DNA of 59,738 nucleotides from a virus (Duplodnaviria; Caudoviricetes). Both the position numbers and the translations under genes were made by a program. Under the pieces are notes generated by a model that saw only the letters and a list, made by a program, of their open reading frames with translations, had not been told where the DNA came from and did no database searches. Below are positions 20,063 to 29,300 of this stretch, one piece after another. The DNA lies in the IMG/VR virus record IMGVR_UViG_3300032227_001215, positions 1 to 59,738 of that record; one strand, written 5' to 3'. Numbering within the stretch: position 1 is the first letter of the stretch; each line of letters starts with the position of its first letter.

Positions 20063-20075
20063 AGGAGAAAATAAA

Positions 20076-20306
20076 ATGACAAACAATGAAAATGTTAGTA
20101 AGGCAGTAGCCGAAATAGTCGAAGGCGAAATTACCGGTAAAAAATGGTATCTCAGCAAAACATTTTGGGCTAACGTTATAGCAGGAGCAGCGGTTGTTAT
20201 TCAAATGAAACATGGATTTCCAATACCAATTGAATATCAAATGTTGTTATTGAGTTTGGTAAATGTTGGGTTACGTAAAATAACCAAAACACCAGTAGTT
20301 TGGTAA
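20076..20306 (+). CDS. Small membrane protein, holin-like
   Basis: AAGGAG RBS; KKWYLSKTFWANVIA, two hydrophobic segments, basic tail LRKITKTPV. Confidence 0.6.
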   Translation: MTNNENVSKAVAEIVEGEITGKKWYLSKTFWANVIAGAAVVIQMKHGFPIPIEYQMLLLSLVNVGLRKITKTPVVW

Positions 20307-20312
20307 ACAAAA

Positions 20313-20489
20313 ATGAAACAAATTTTAGTATTATTATTTTTATCAATTTTTGTATCTACAGCAAATTCTGCAACAACTACCAAAAAGATTTGTCGTAATG
20401 ATCAAAAGAACAACAAAACCGTAAAGGTATGTAAGACTATTAAGGTCCATAAAAAACTAGAAGGTACTGCTGTTCCAGTTAAGAAATAA
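20313..20489 (+). CDS. 58-aa secreted Lys-rich peptide not in the ORF track
   Basis: MKQILVLLFLSIFVSTANSA signal peptide, then TTTKKICRNDQKNNKTVKVCKTIKVHKKLEGTAVPVKK. Confidence 0.75.
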   Translation: MKQILVLLFLSIFVSTANSATTTKKICRNDQKNNKTVKVCKTIKVHKKLEGTAVPVKK

Positions 20490-20494
20490 ATTTC

Positions 20495-20539
20495 TTGACT
20501 TTATTTAAAAGGTATAGTATACTATATGCTATACCTTTT
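20495..20539 (+). promoter_or_regulatory. Sigma70-type promoter TTGACT-17-TATACT overlapped by a 15-bp inverted repeat
   Basis: -35 at 20495, -10 at 20518; AAAAGGTATAGTATA-cta-TATGCTATACCTTTT spans 20507-20539. Confidence 0.65.
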
Positions 20540-20547
20540 TCCATGAT

Positions 20548-21396
20548 ATGTCAGATTATTACTCAATACTTGGCGTTGATCGTAACGCTGGCCCAGATGA
20601 TATTAAACGAGCATATCGTCGTTTAGCCAGCCAGAACCACCCAGACAAGGGCGGGGATACCCAACGATTCCAAGAAATACAAGCAGCATACGATACGCTC
20701 AGTGATCCAGATAAACGATCACAATACGACAACCCCCAACCACAAGGCATGCCAGGCGGGTTTCATTTCCACTCAGGTGGAGGTATGCCTCCAGGATTTG
20801 AAGATATATTTGCTCATGCGTTTGGCGGTAATAATCCGTTTGGAGACATATTTGGACAGAGACGCCAACAAAGTCCCCGTAATAGAACACTGAACATACA
20901 AACACAGATCTCACTGGAAGAAGCATTCCAAGGTAAAGATCTACTGGCCAATCTCACACTGCCCAGTGGTCGTAATCAAACACTGGAAATTCGCATACCC
21001 GCAGGTATACAGGATGGTACCGCACTGAGATTAAGTGGCATAGGCGATGACAGTTATGCCAATGCACCAAGGGGAGACATACATCTCACAGTGAACGTGT
21101 TAGAACATCCGGTGTTTCAGAGACATGGCGACGATCTTGTTAAAGACATAGATATCGACTGCATAGATGCCATGTTGGGCAAAACAGTAGATGTCGAAAC
21201 TATTGATGGCAGAATCTTGGCAGTCAATATACTACCAGGAACACAACCAGGACAAACCATGGCTGCACAAGGGCATGGCATGCCCAGCATGTCAGATAAT
21301 AGGTTTCGTGGCCGCATGTTGATGACTGTGAATATTCGCATTCCTACCAATATAACAGAATCTCAGCGATCTGTACTGATTCAGGCATTTCGTTAA
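20548..21396 (+). CDS. dnaJ: DnaJ/CbpA-type co-chaperone lacking the zinc finger
   Basis: J-domain DYYSILGV...HPDKGG, G/F-rich linker, C-terminal domain with GDIHL; no CxxCxGxG repeats. Confidence 0.9.
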   Translation: MSDYYSILGVDRNAGPDDIKRAYRRLASQNHPDKGGDTQRFQEIQAAYDTLSDPDKRSQYDNPQPQGMPGGFHFHSGGGMPPGFEDIFAHAFGGNNPFGDIFGQRRQQSPRNRTLNIQTQISLEEAFQGKDLLANLTLPSGRNQTLEIRIPAGIQDGTALRLSGIGDDSYANAPRGDIHLTVNVLEHPVFQRHGDDLVKDIDIDCIDAMLGKTVDVETIDGRILAVNILPGTQPGQTMAAQGHGMPSMSDNRFRGRMLMTVNIRIPTNITESQRSVLIQAFR

Positions 21397-21404
21397 ATAC
21401 CAAT

Positions 21405-21902
21405 ATGAAGATATTGACCTACCCTAATGATTCCTTACGAATTGCCTGTCCAGAGTTTGATTTTGATAACCCTGTTATGGATCCAGCAGACTTAGAGCGA
21501 TTACTGGTAGATAACATGCTGGCCGGCAACGGAATAGGGCTTGCGGCCAATCAGATGGGTATATCAACTCGTGTATTTGCCATGGGCCATGTTCGACTGC
21601 CCAAACTGGCTCAGGCATTTTTTAATCCCATAGTCGTAGCCAATACAGAGGACTTAGTCGAATTAGAGGAAGGTTGCTTGAGTTTTCCTAGTATATATGT
21701 TAAAATTAAACGTCCACGCAAGATTCGCGTTAGATGGCAGGATCGAACAGGAGCATGGCAAGAAGGTGAATTTGAAGACTATCAAAGTAGGTGTTTTTTA
21801 CATGAACTAGACCATTTAGAAGGTATTGTATTCCAGGACAGAGTTAGCACTCTTAAATGGGCATTAGCAGTTAAAAAAACACAAAAAAGGAAATACAAAT
21901 AA
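21405..21902 (+). CDS. def: Peptide deformylase
   Basis: GIGLAANQMG, EGCLS and HELDHLEG motifs. Confidence 0.95.
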   Translation: MKILTYPNDSLRIACPEFDFDNPVMDPADLERLLVDNMLAGNGIGLAANQMGISTRVFAMGHVRLPKLAQAFFNPIVVANTEDLVELEEGCLSFPSIYVKIKRPRKIRVRWQDRTGAWQEGEFEDYQSRCFLHELDHLEGIVFQDRVSTLKWALAVKKTQKRKYK

Positions 21903-21903
21903 T

Positions 21904-24177
21904 ATGTTGGAACCAAATAAAGATTTAGAGAGCATTTTTGAAAATGCTATTAAAATAGCCAGTGTGTACGAGCACGAATATATCACACTGGAACATTTTC
22001 TGTATAGTATGGTTAATAATGACTCATTTGCCGAAATATTAACAGCATTCGGAGCAGATGTTGATATTCTTAAAAGCGATCTAGACAAATATATCAAGGA
22101 TAATCTACAGGAAATTATAAATCCCGATGCAGAAAAACCTAAAAAGACCAATGGTGTAGATCGCATGTTGAATCGTGCTTTTACACAGGTATTGTTCAGT
22201 GGTCGACAAATTATTGAACCGGTTGACTGTTTTCTCAGCATGTTCTCTGAAAAAAAGAGTCATGCTAATTTTTTCATTAGAAAAGCCAATATTGACAAAG
22301 ATAAATTTGTTAACTTTGTAAAGAAAGAATTAGTAAGAGAGGACGAGGAAGCCACTGCCATTGATGCTAAAACAGCACAACTAGAACGTATGATTGTACA
22401 ATTTTGTACCAATCTCACTGCCAAAGCCAAAGCCAAGAAGATTGATCCAGTAATCGGGCGGGACAAAGAAATTGAAGAAATTGAACTGGTACTGGCTCGT
22501 CGTACCAAAGCCAATGCCATACTGATTGGTGACCCAGGTGTGGGTAAAACTGCCATTGCAGAAGGATTAGCCCGTAAAATTATCGAAGGCTCAGTTCCTA
22601 AGTTTATTCAAGAACATAGTGTGTATAGCTTAGATATCAGTGCAATGTTAGCAGGTAGCAAATATCGTGGCGATTTTGAAGAACGTCTCAAGACCGTAAT
22701 TGGCGCTATCGAAAAGAAAGGCAAGTGTATCCTATTCATCGACGAAGCACATATGATGAATGGCGCTGGTGCTTCCAATGGATCCAGCAACGACATGGCC
22801 AATATGCTGAAATCAGCATTGGGAAAAGGCACTATTAAGGTCATTGCCTCCACAACCTGGGAAGAATATCGAAAACATTTTGAAAAAGATCGCGCTCTTA
22901 TGCGTCGTTTCCAACGTGTTGTTATCGATGAACCCGATGAAGATACTGCTATTAAGATTGTCAAAGGCGTTAAAAAATACTACGAAAAACATCATAAGGT
23001 TAAAATCACCAACCAGGCTGTGATCGACAGTGTCAAATACAGCATTAAATACATGACCGATAAGAAATTGCCGGACAAGGCTATCGATCTTATTGACTGT
23101 GCCTGTGCTAGATTCAAAGTTCGTGATCAGGAGAATGGCATTGTTGATCACGAAGAAATTGTATTTGAAGTAGCTAAAATCTCCAATCTCAGCTTTGACC
23201 AAATCAATAACAAAGAAAATGTCAATATTCAGGCTCTGGAAAAGAACATGAAGGCCAAAGTGTACGGACAGGAAAAAGCCATCGACAGTCTATTAGACAA
23301 GGTGTTTATTGCTCAAGCCGGACTAAAAAGCCTTAACAAGCCAGTGGGTAGCTTCTTGTTTGTAGGGCCAACCGGTGTAGGCAAAACTGAGGCAGCTAAA
23401 CAACTGGCCGCTAATATGGGTATCAAACTGGTACGGTTTGATATGAGCGAGTTTCAGGAAAAACACAGTGTGGCCAAGTTTATCGGCAGTCCTCCGGGAT
23501 ATATCGGGTTCGAAGAAAATGCCGGACAGCTAATTACCAGTCTACAGGAAACTCCTAACTGTGTGTTGTTGTTAGATGAAGTTGAAAAAGCACACCCGGA
23601 TGTCCTAACTATCCTGTTGCAAATCATGGACAATGGATTTATTACCGGTAGTAATGGCAAAAAGGGAGATGCTCGTAGTGCTATCATTATCATGACCAGC
23701 AACTTAGGTGCTGCTGATGCTGAAAAGAATGGTGTAGGATTTGGTAGTTTAGAACGAGATGGCGATCCTAAAGATGCTGTTAATAAATTCTTTGCTCCAG
23801 AATTCCGCAATCGTCTCGACGGTGTGATTCGCTTTGGTAAACTGGATAGAAGCACCATGTCTAAGATTGTTAAGAAGTTTATTGACGATCTCAATAGCCT
23901 GATCAAGGACAAGAATATTCATGTCAAGCCAACTGCTATAGCACTGGGATATCTAGTCGATCGAGGATTTGATAGCAAAATGGGCGCTAGACCCTTGCAG
24001 CGTGTCATTGACGAACAGATTAAGAAACCGCTGAGCCGTGAAATTCTGTTTGGTAAACTAACCAACGGTGGGATTGTAGAGATCAGTGTAATTGATAATC
24101 AACTCAAACTCAATATTGTAGACGTACTGCCTGTTGGCAAGATTAAAAATGACACCGAAGAAACTGAAGACCAATAA
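21904..24177 (+). CDS. clpA: ATP-dependent Clp protease ATPase subunit ClpA
   Basis: Clp N-domain, two AAA modules (GDPGVGKT, GPTGVGKT), KYRGDFEER, no M-domain, VGF ClpP-docking loop, GARPL. Confidence 0.92.
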   Translation: MLEPNKDLESIFENAIKIASVYEHEYITLEHFLYSMVNNDSFAEILTAFGADVDILKSDLDKYIKDNLQEIINPDAEKPKKTNGVDRMLNRAFTQVLFSGRQIIEPVDCFLSMFSEKKSHANFFIRKANIDKDKFVNFVKKELVREDEEATAIDAKTAQLERMIVQFCTNLTAKAKAKKIDPVIGRDKEIEEIELVLARRTKANAILIGDPGVGKTAIAEGLARKIIEGSVPKFIQEHSVYSLDISAMLAGSKYRGDFEERLKTVIGAIEKKGKCILFIDEAHMMNGAGASNGSSNDMANMLKSALGKGTIKVIASTTWEEYRKHFEKDRALMRRFQRVVIDEPDEDTAIKIVKGVKKYYEKHHKVKITNQAVIDSVKYSIKYMTDKKLPDKAIDLIDCACARFKVRDQENGIVDHEEIVFEVAKISNLSFDQINNKENVNIQALEKNMKAKVYGQEKAIDSLLDKVFIAQAGLKSLNKPVGSFLFVGPTGVGKTEAAKQLAANMGIKLVRFDMSEFQEKHSVAKFIGSPPGYIGFEENAGQLITSLQETPNCVLLLDEVEKAHPDVLTILLQIMDNGFITGSNGKKGDARSAIIIMTSNLGAADAEKNGVGFGSLERDGDPKDAVNKFFAPEFRNRLDGVIRFGKLDRSTMSKIVKKFIDDLNSLIKDKNIHVKPTAIALGYLVDRGFDSKMGARPLQRVIDEQIKKPLSREILFGKLTNGGIVEISVIDNQLKLNIVDVLPVGKIKNDTEETEDQ

Positions 24178-24832
24178 ACTATTCTACGGAGAGTGGCCCT
24201 ACAAAATCTCAACCGGTATTGTAGGAGCTAGTTTACTGCGAGCTAGGGGAATAGATTATCTAAAAAAATGGTGTATGTTTCCTGGGATCAATAGTCATTG
24301 GGCCAGGAGAAAGCACATGGATCCGGCAACACTACTGGACTATGTTGTAGCACTAGAACCTTTTTTAGCGTTGGATGTAAAGTTGCGCATTGATCAGGAT
24401 CAAATCAGCATTTTTGTTAAGGATTCTGATCTCTGTCAAGAAATAGCCACAGCTCTGTCAAAATTTGTTATCAGTATTACAGAACCGGCCAATTCAGAAG
24501 AACTTGTTTATATGGCGGACAACGAAAAGGTTGTACTATGTAGTCATATCCCTAAAATGAAATATCAGTTCCGTGTGGTATTTCAAGACATGTCAATAGA
24601 CGCAGCGGCTAATATATTGGCCTGGGCAGAAAAATACAACTCCGAATGTATAGAAATTCCTGCCGGAACTCGACGACATTTTTCCGGCGACAGGGGATTT
24701 TGGCCCAGCGAATGTTATTTTTACGCTCGTGATCGAGGTATGGTCATGATGATCACGTTGGCATCAGGTGGAAAAATACGCAGGGTAGAAGAATATGTTC
24801 CTAGATCTAGCATAAATAAGGTTGCCGATTAG
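24149..24832 (+). CDS. Hypothetical protein
   Basis: Long ORF overlapping the clpA end; ATG at 24149. Confidence 0.75.
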   Translation: MTPKKLKTNKLFYGEWPYKISTGIVGASLLRARGIDYLKKWCMFPGINSHWARRKHMDPATLLDYVVALEPFLALDVKLRIDQDQISIFVKDSDLCQEIATALSKFVISITEPANSEELVYMADNEKVVLCSHIPKMKYQFRVVFQDMSIDAAANILAWAEKYNSECIEIPAGTRRHFSGDRGFWPSECYFYARDRGMVMMITLASGGKIRRVEEYVPRSSINKVAD

Positions 24833-24840
24833 GAAACCAT

Positions 24841-25233
24841 ATGTCAGCACTAAGTCAAAGTTTAGAATTTAATACCCGCGGAACCAGTACTGTAGCAGTG
24901 ATTTATCCCAACACCGCTACAACTATGATGACTTATTTCAGTGATCGTGTTAAAGGTGATGGGTATTATGGAAGTAGTGATGGTATCCACACTGTAGCCT
25001 ATACCTCTACTCCTACTTTTATTGGAACTGTTAGTATGCAGGCCAGCTTGGCCACTGATCCCGGTAGCAACGACTGGTTTGATGTCAATAACACAACAGT
25101 AACTTACACTGTATTTAATAATAGAAATACCAGCACTGTGGACTGCTATAACTTTACAGGAAACTTTGTCTGGGTGCGTGGACGAGTAGAAATTGTCGAC
25201 GGTGTTGTAGAAGTTATTCACTATAATCACTAA
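24841..25233 (+). CDS. Hypothetical beta-rich, probably structural protein
   Basis: AGGA RBS; ATAAATA at 24812; Thr-rich. Confidence 0.75.
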   Translation: MSALSQSLEFNTRGTSTVAVIYPNTATTMMTYFSDRVKGDGYYGSSDGIHTVAYTSTPTFIGTVSMQASLATDPGSNDWFDVNNTTVTYTVFNNRNTSTVDCYNFTGNFVWVRGRVEIVDGVVEVIHYNH

Positions 25234-25283
25234 TATTTCATTTGTTTAATCTGTAATAAATACTCTAACTCAGGAGTGTTTAT

Positions 25284-25703
25284 ATGCGTGTTGCTGATCT
25301 TTTTGATGGACTGGATTTTGTCGAAGAAACCATCCAAGAAGGTGATGTTTTTGAACTAGAACTTGGCGATTTTGTTCTAGAAACCACCGTAATTGGTATG
25401 AAAAGCGACGGTCCTATCTTAGCCATAGACGAGACTGCTATAGCATATATCCCATTAGAAGAAGCCAAATACCATGGAAGAACTGTGCCGTTAGGTAAAC
25501 CCATGGCAGGAGATGTGAAAAAAAGCAAGGTCTATGTAAAAGACCCTGTTACCGGCAATGTTAAAAAGGTCAACTTTGGTGATAAAAAACTCAGTATTAA
25601 AAAGCACCTGCCTGGACATCGTAAGAGTTTTAGAGCACGTCATCATTGTGAAAATCCTGGACCTAGAACCAAGGCTCGGTTCTGGTCATGTAAGGCGTGG
25701 TGA
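25284..25703 (+). CDS. Hypothetical protein with acidic N-half and basic C-terminal KKVNFGD...SFRARHHC...FWSCKAW module
   Basis: AGGAG RBS, ATAAATA at 25256, MRVADLF N-terminus. Confidence 0.8.
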   Translation: MRVADLFDGLDFVEETIQEGDVFELELGDFVLETTVIGMKSDGPILAIDETAIAYIPLEEAKYHGRTVPLGKPMAGDVKKSKVYVKDPVTGNVKKVNFGDKKLSIKKHLPGHRKSFRARHHCENPGPRTKARFWSCKAW

Positions 25704-25708
25704 TAAAA

Positions 25709-26335
25709 ATGAAATACATAATTTATAAAATCACTAATAATGTTAATGGACGGTACTACATAGGAAGACACCGTACAAAAAATATAAATGACACATATAT
25801 GGGAAGCGGCAAGGCTATTTCTAATGCCATTAAGAAATACGGTGTTGAGAACTTTACTAAAGAAATAATAGCGGAATCATGGGATGAAACCAATCTTTGG
25901 GAATTAGAAAAACTAATTGTAAATGATGAGATAGTTAATGATCCAAAATCTTATAATATGAGTTATGGTGGCAAGCACTATCTGCACGGATTAAAAACAT
26001 ACAACAAAAAAGCCTTTATTGAACATCAAAAAACAGCCGGATTAAAAGGCGGACCGGCTTGCTATAGTAAAAAAACTGATACAGAGAAACTCGAATGGCA
26101 CAAAAAAGGATACGAAGCCGGAAAAGATAAACATTACATTAGAAATTCTAGATGTGTATATGAATTAACTACAAATAGTAAAGAGACATTTATACTTAAC
26201 GGTGTAGAATTTAGGAAGATGTGCCGAGAAAAAGGGTGGAACCATTCTACCTTATTATGGCCAAAAAGTTTTGGACGACCGATTAAAAGAGGACCCCTTA
26301 CTGGGTTTCAGGTCAATAAAATCTCGCAGGAATAA
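25709..26335 (+). mobile_element. Free-standing GIY-YIG homing endonuclease gene (Seg-like)
   Basis: YIIYKITNNVNGRYYIGRH, YMGSG, AIKKYG, ENF, YNM motifs. Confidence 0.88.
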
Positions 26336-26340
26336 CCTAT

Positions 26341-29300
26341 ATGTTTTTAACTGAATTTTTTGGCAAGAGCCTAGATATTAAATCTTCCAGTGATCAAGAC
26401 CACAACGATCAAGAAATAGCCAATGAACTGTTTCAATACATACTAGACCACGATAGACTACATAAAGAATATTTTCATCCACTGGCAAAGAAAATAAGTC
26501 GCCAACAACAAAATAAAAAAGAAAATAAGAGTCAACTAGTTAAAGAATTCATGCCCATGGTGGAAAAGGGCTGTAAAGAATTCTATCATAAGAACAAAAT
26601 GTCCGGTAAGTTGGGCAAAGTATTTCCGCTGGATATGCGTGAAGAACTATGTGATCGATTGTATGATCACTATTGCGACGATATCAAACGCGACAAATAC
26701 AAATTAATGGAAGGTGGTAATCTATCATTAGATAATCCCGACGATCCTACTAAACCACATCAGGCCGACGAAATCAATCTCAAGGTCCATAATCGTAGTT
26801 TTATGGTAGGATTGCTTAATAAAATGCTACATGATATCAGTGCGGTGTTTCAGGCCAAATATAAAAAGCCATTATGGTCTGCCAACTTGCTACAAAGTCG
26901 TGAATTCTTAAGTGGTAGTAGCCTACATTTTTTTAATACCAACGGTGTTAGTGACGAGGAGTTTGCCAAACACAAACCCAAAGTAGGCGATATTGATACA
27001 CAGGTCGATGAAAAATTAGAACCCGAAGTAGAAGAATTCCTAACTGCCATGACTGGCAAACAGATTGGCGACACTAAACTTCTTGGATTTAGCCGAGGCA
27101 CTTCTCAATTCAATGCTTTATTTCAGTTCCAAGATCCTCCTATGAAAATACAGGTAGATTTTGAATTTGGCGGGTATGGGGAAGAAACTGGCACACCAGA
27201 CGATTGGTTTAAATTCAGCCACAGTAGCGATTGGAATGATATTACTGCTGGTATTAAAGGTGTGTTTCACAAATATCTCTATAGAGCATTGGCATCCGGA
27301 GGCAGTGCTCAACAGGCCTATGTGGCCAAATTACAAGGCAGGGGCAAGGCTAGAGGCGTAGTAATCAATCCCGAACCCGCCGAAGTCAATATGTTATCAT
27401 TTGCCGTGGCCAGCAAGCAAGGTGGCGGTATGAGCAGAAAACATGTGCCTTATACTGATCCCGAAACTGGCGAAAGCAGTCGCAATGGCCTTCCTATTGT
27501 GATCGAAGTTGATCCTAAAGATAGAACCTATATTCAAAATCTCAGCGAACAATTTGAAATGATCTTTGGTCGCAAACCCCAAGGCAATGACAGCCAACTA
27601 CAACAGAGTTTTATAGGCACATTGGACCTAATCAACAAATATATAAAACCCGATCGTAAGCCCAGGATTGTTCAAGATTTCCTGGATATTTGTTTTGAAA
27701 TTGGCGGTCAAATGATCACCAAAGATGATCCTGTAAGAGATGCTCAAACTAAATTTGCGGCTATCGATGTTATGTTGGAAAAATTGGGCATGGGCAATAT
27801 GAGAGAGCAGGCCGTAGCACAAGCCAAAGCCTATGAAGATGATTATCACGAATTAGAAGCATTTAAGGTAGCAAACCCTGGCGAAAAACAACCTAGAGCT
27901 GCAATGAAAAAAGCCAAGGCAGCACAAGGGTTAGCAGAAGCAGACAAAAATAAACCTCAACCAGCAGTAAAGGCACAACTACGCAAAGGCATGCCGCATC
28001 TACGTGATCTAAAACCAGCAGACTTTTTAGACTTAGTCGACGAACTACAGGACTCGGGTGGCAGATTTGTTTTACAGAATATTCCACTAAATGTTAAAAT
28101 TGACGGATTTGGTGGTCGTTTTGGTAAGGATGCCCAAGGCAAACCTTTTATGGGCACCAGCCGTACTGAACCCAAATACAAAGCAGGATTCCTTGATTAC
28201 CACAAACAAAAAGGCACCACCGATCCCGAAGTGCTAGGTCGTGCTGCTAACTTTGACAAGTTGTTCAACGAAATGATGACTGCTGTTAAAATGGTGGACA
28301 GTGCATTAGGACCAGATTTCCTAGTGGATAGACAGGTCACTTGCGAAGTGCTGTTTCTACCATTTGCCACCAAGACCGAATCAGGTGGTTTAAAGTTTGT
28401 AGGTATTGAATATGATCAGATCCCACAAGGTGTTGATCTAGTATTGGTGCCATTTCGAATTGTAGAAGGTGGTAGTGGAGAAGAAATAGCCGACGGTGAT
28501 GCTGCTGTTCAACAGATAGCGGAACTGGGCCAAAGCGACAATGTCATGTTTATGAGCAACAGACTGGTTCAAAAACAAGGGCTGGATGTTACTGAAATCG
28601 TTAATGTGCTAGACAATATCGACGAACTTAAATCTATTGTAAGCGGTACAGCAGGACGGCGTGACCGAGCCAGTACAGATCTACGCCGACAGATTGAAGA
28701 AAAATTAAAGCCAGTTCAGATTGCATTAGAGCGAGCTATCGACGAAGATCCTAACATTGTAGGAAAAGATAAATTGGGATCCGAATACGAAGGCATTGTT
28801 ATCAATAGTCGCTTAGGTCCGATCAAGGTCACCAGTCAGAGACAGAAAGATCTTATCACTGCTAAAAATACTGCCAAGGCCAACGCCCGTATCGATCGTG
28901 GTAGAGAGAATGCCAATAAAACCGCAGTGGTTGCTATTGGAAGTTTTATAGGTCATCGTGGCCACCAAGAACTATGGAACTACACCGTTGACAAAGCCAA
29001 ACAACTACATGGAGATCCTTATCTATTCATTGGCAATGCGGAAGGCAAAGATGATCCTATTCCACCATCAGTTAAGGTGGAAACATGGCATCAGCTATAT
29101 CCCCAGTATGCCAACAATATCAGTACTGTGACGCAACAAGGCGGATCACTAATACAAAAGATTAAACACGAGCTAATCAATCCTCTACCTGGCAAGCCGC
29201 CACGCTATGACAATGTTGTTATTATGGTCGGAGAGGATCGCGGCAATCTCAGCATGCCACAGGCATTGATGAAGGCTGTTAATAAGTTTCCGGGCTATGA

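Noticed and set aside
22260-23912. Long antisense ORFs within clpA (similarly within the polymerase, clamp, MoxR and VWA genes)
   Set aside because: Typical antisense shadows of codon-biased conserved genes, with no recognisable motifs
25709-26335. Group I intron around the GIY-YIG gene
   Set aside because: Only 5-nt gaps flank the ORF and both neighbours look complete, leaving no room for a ribozyme core
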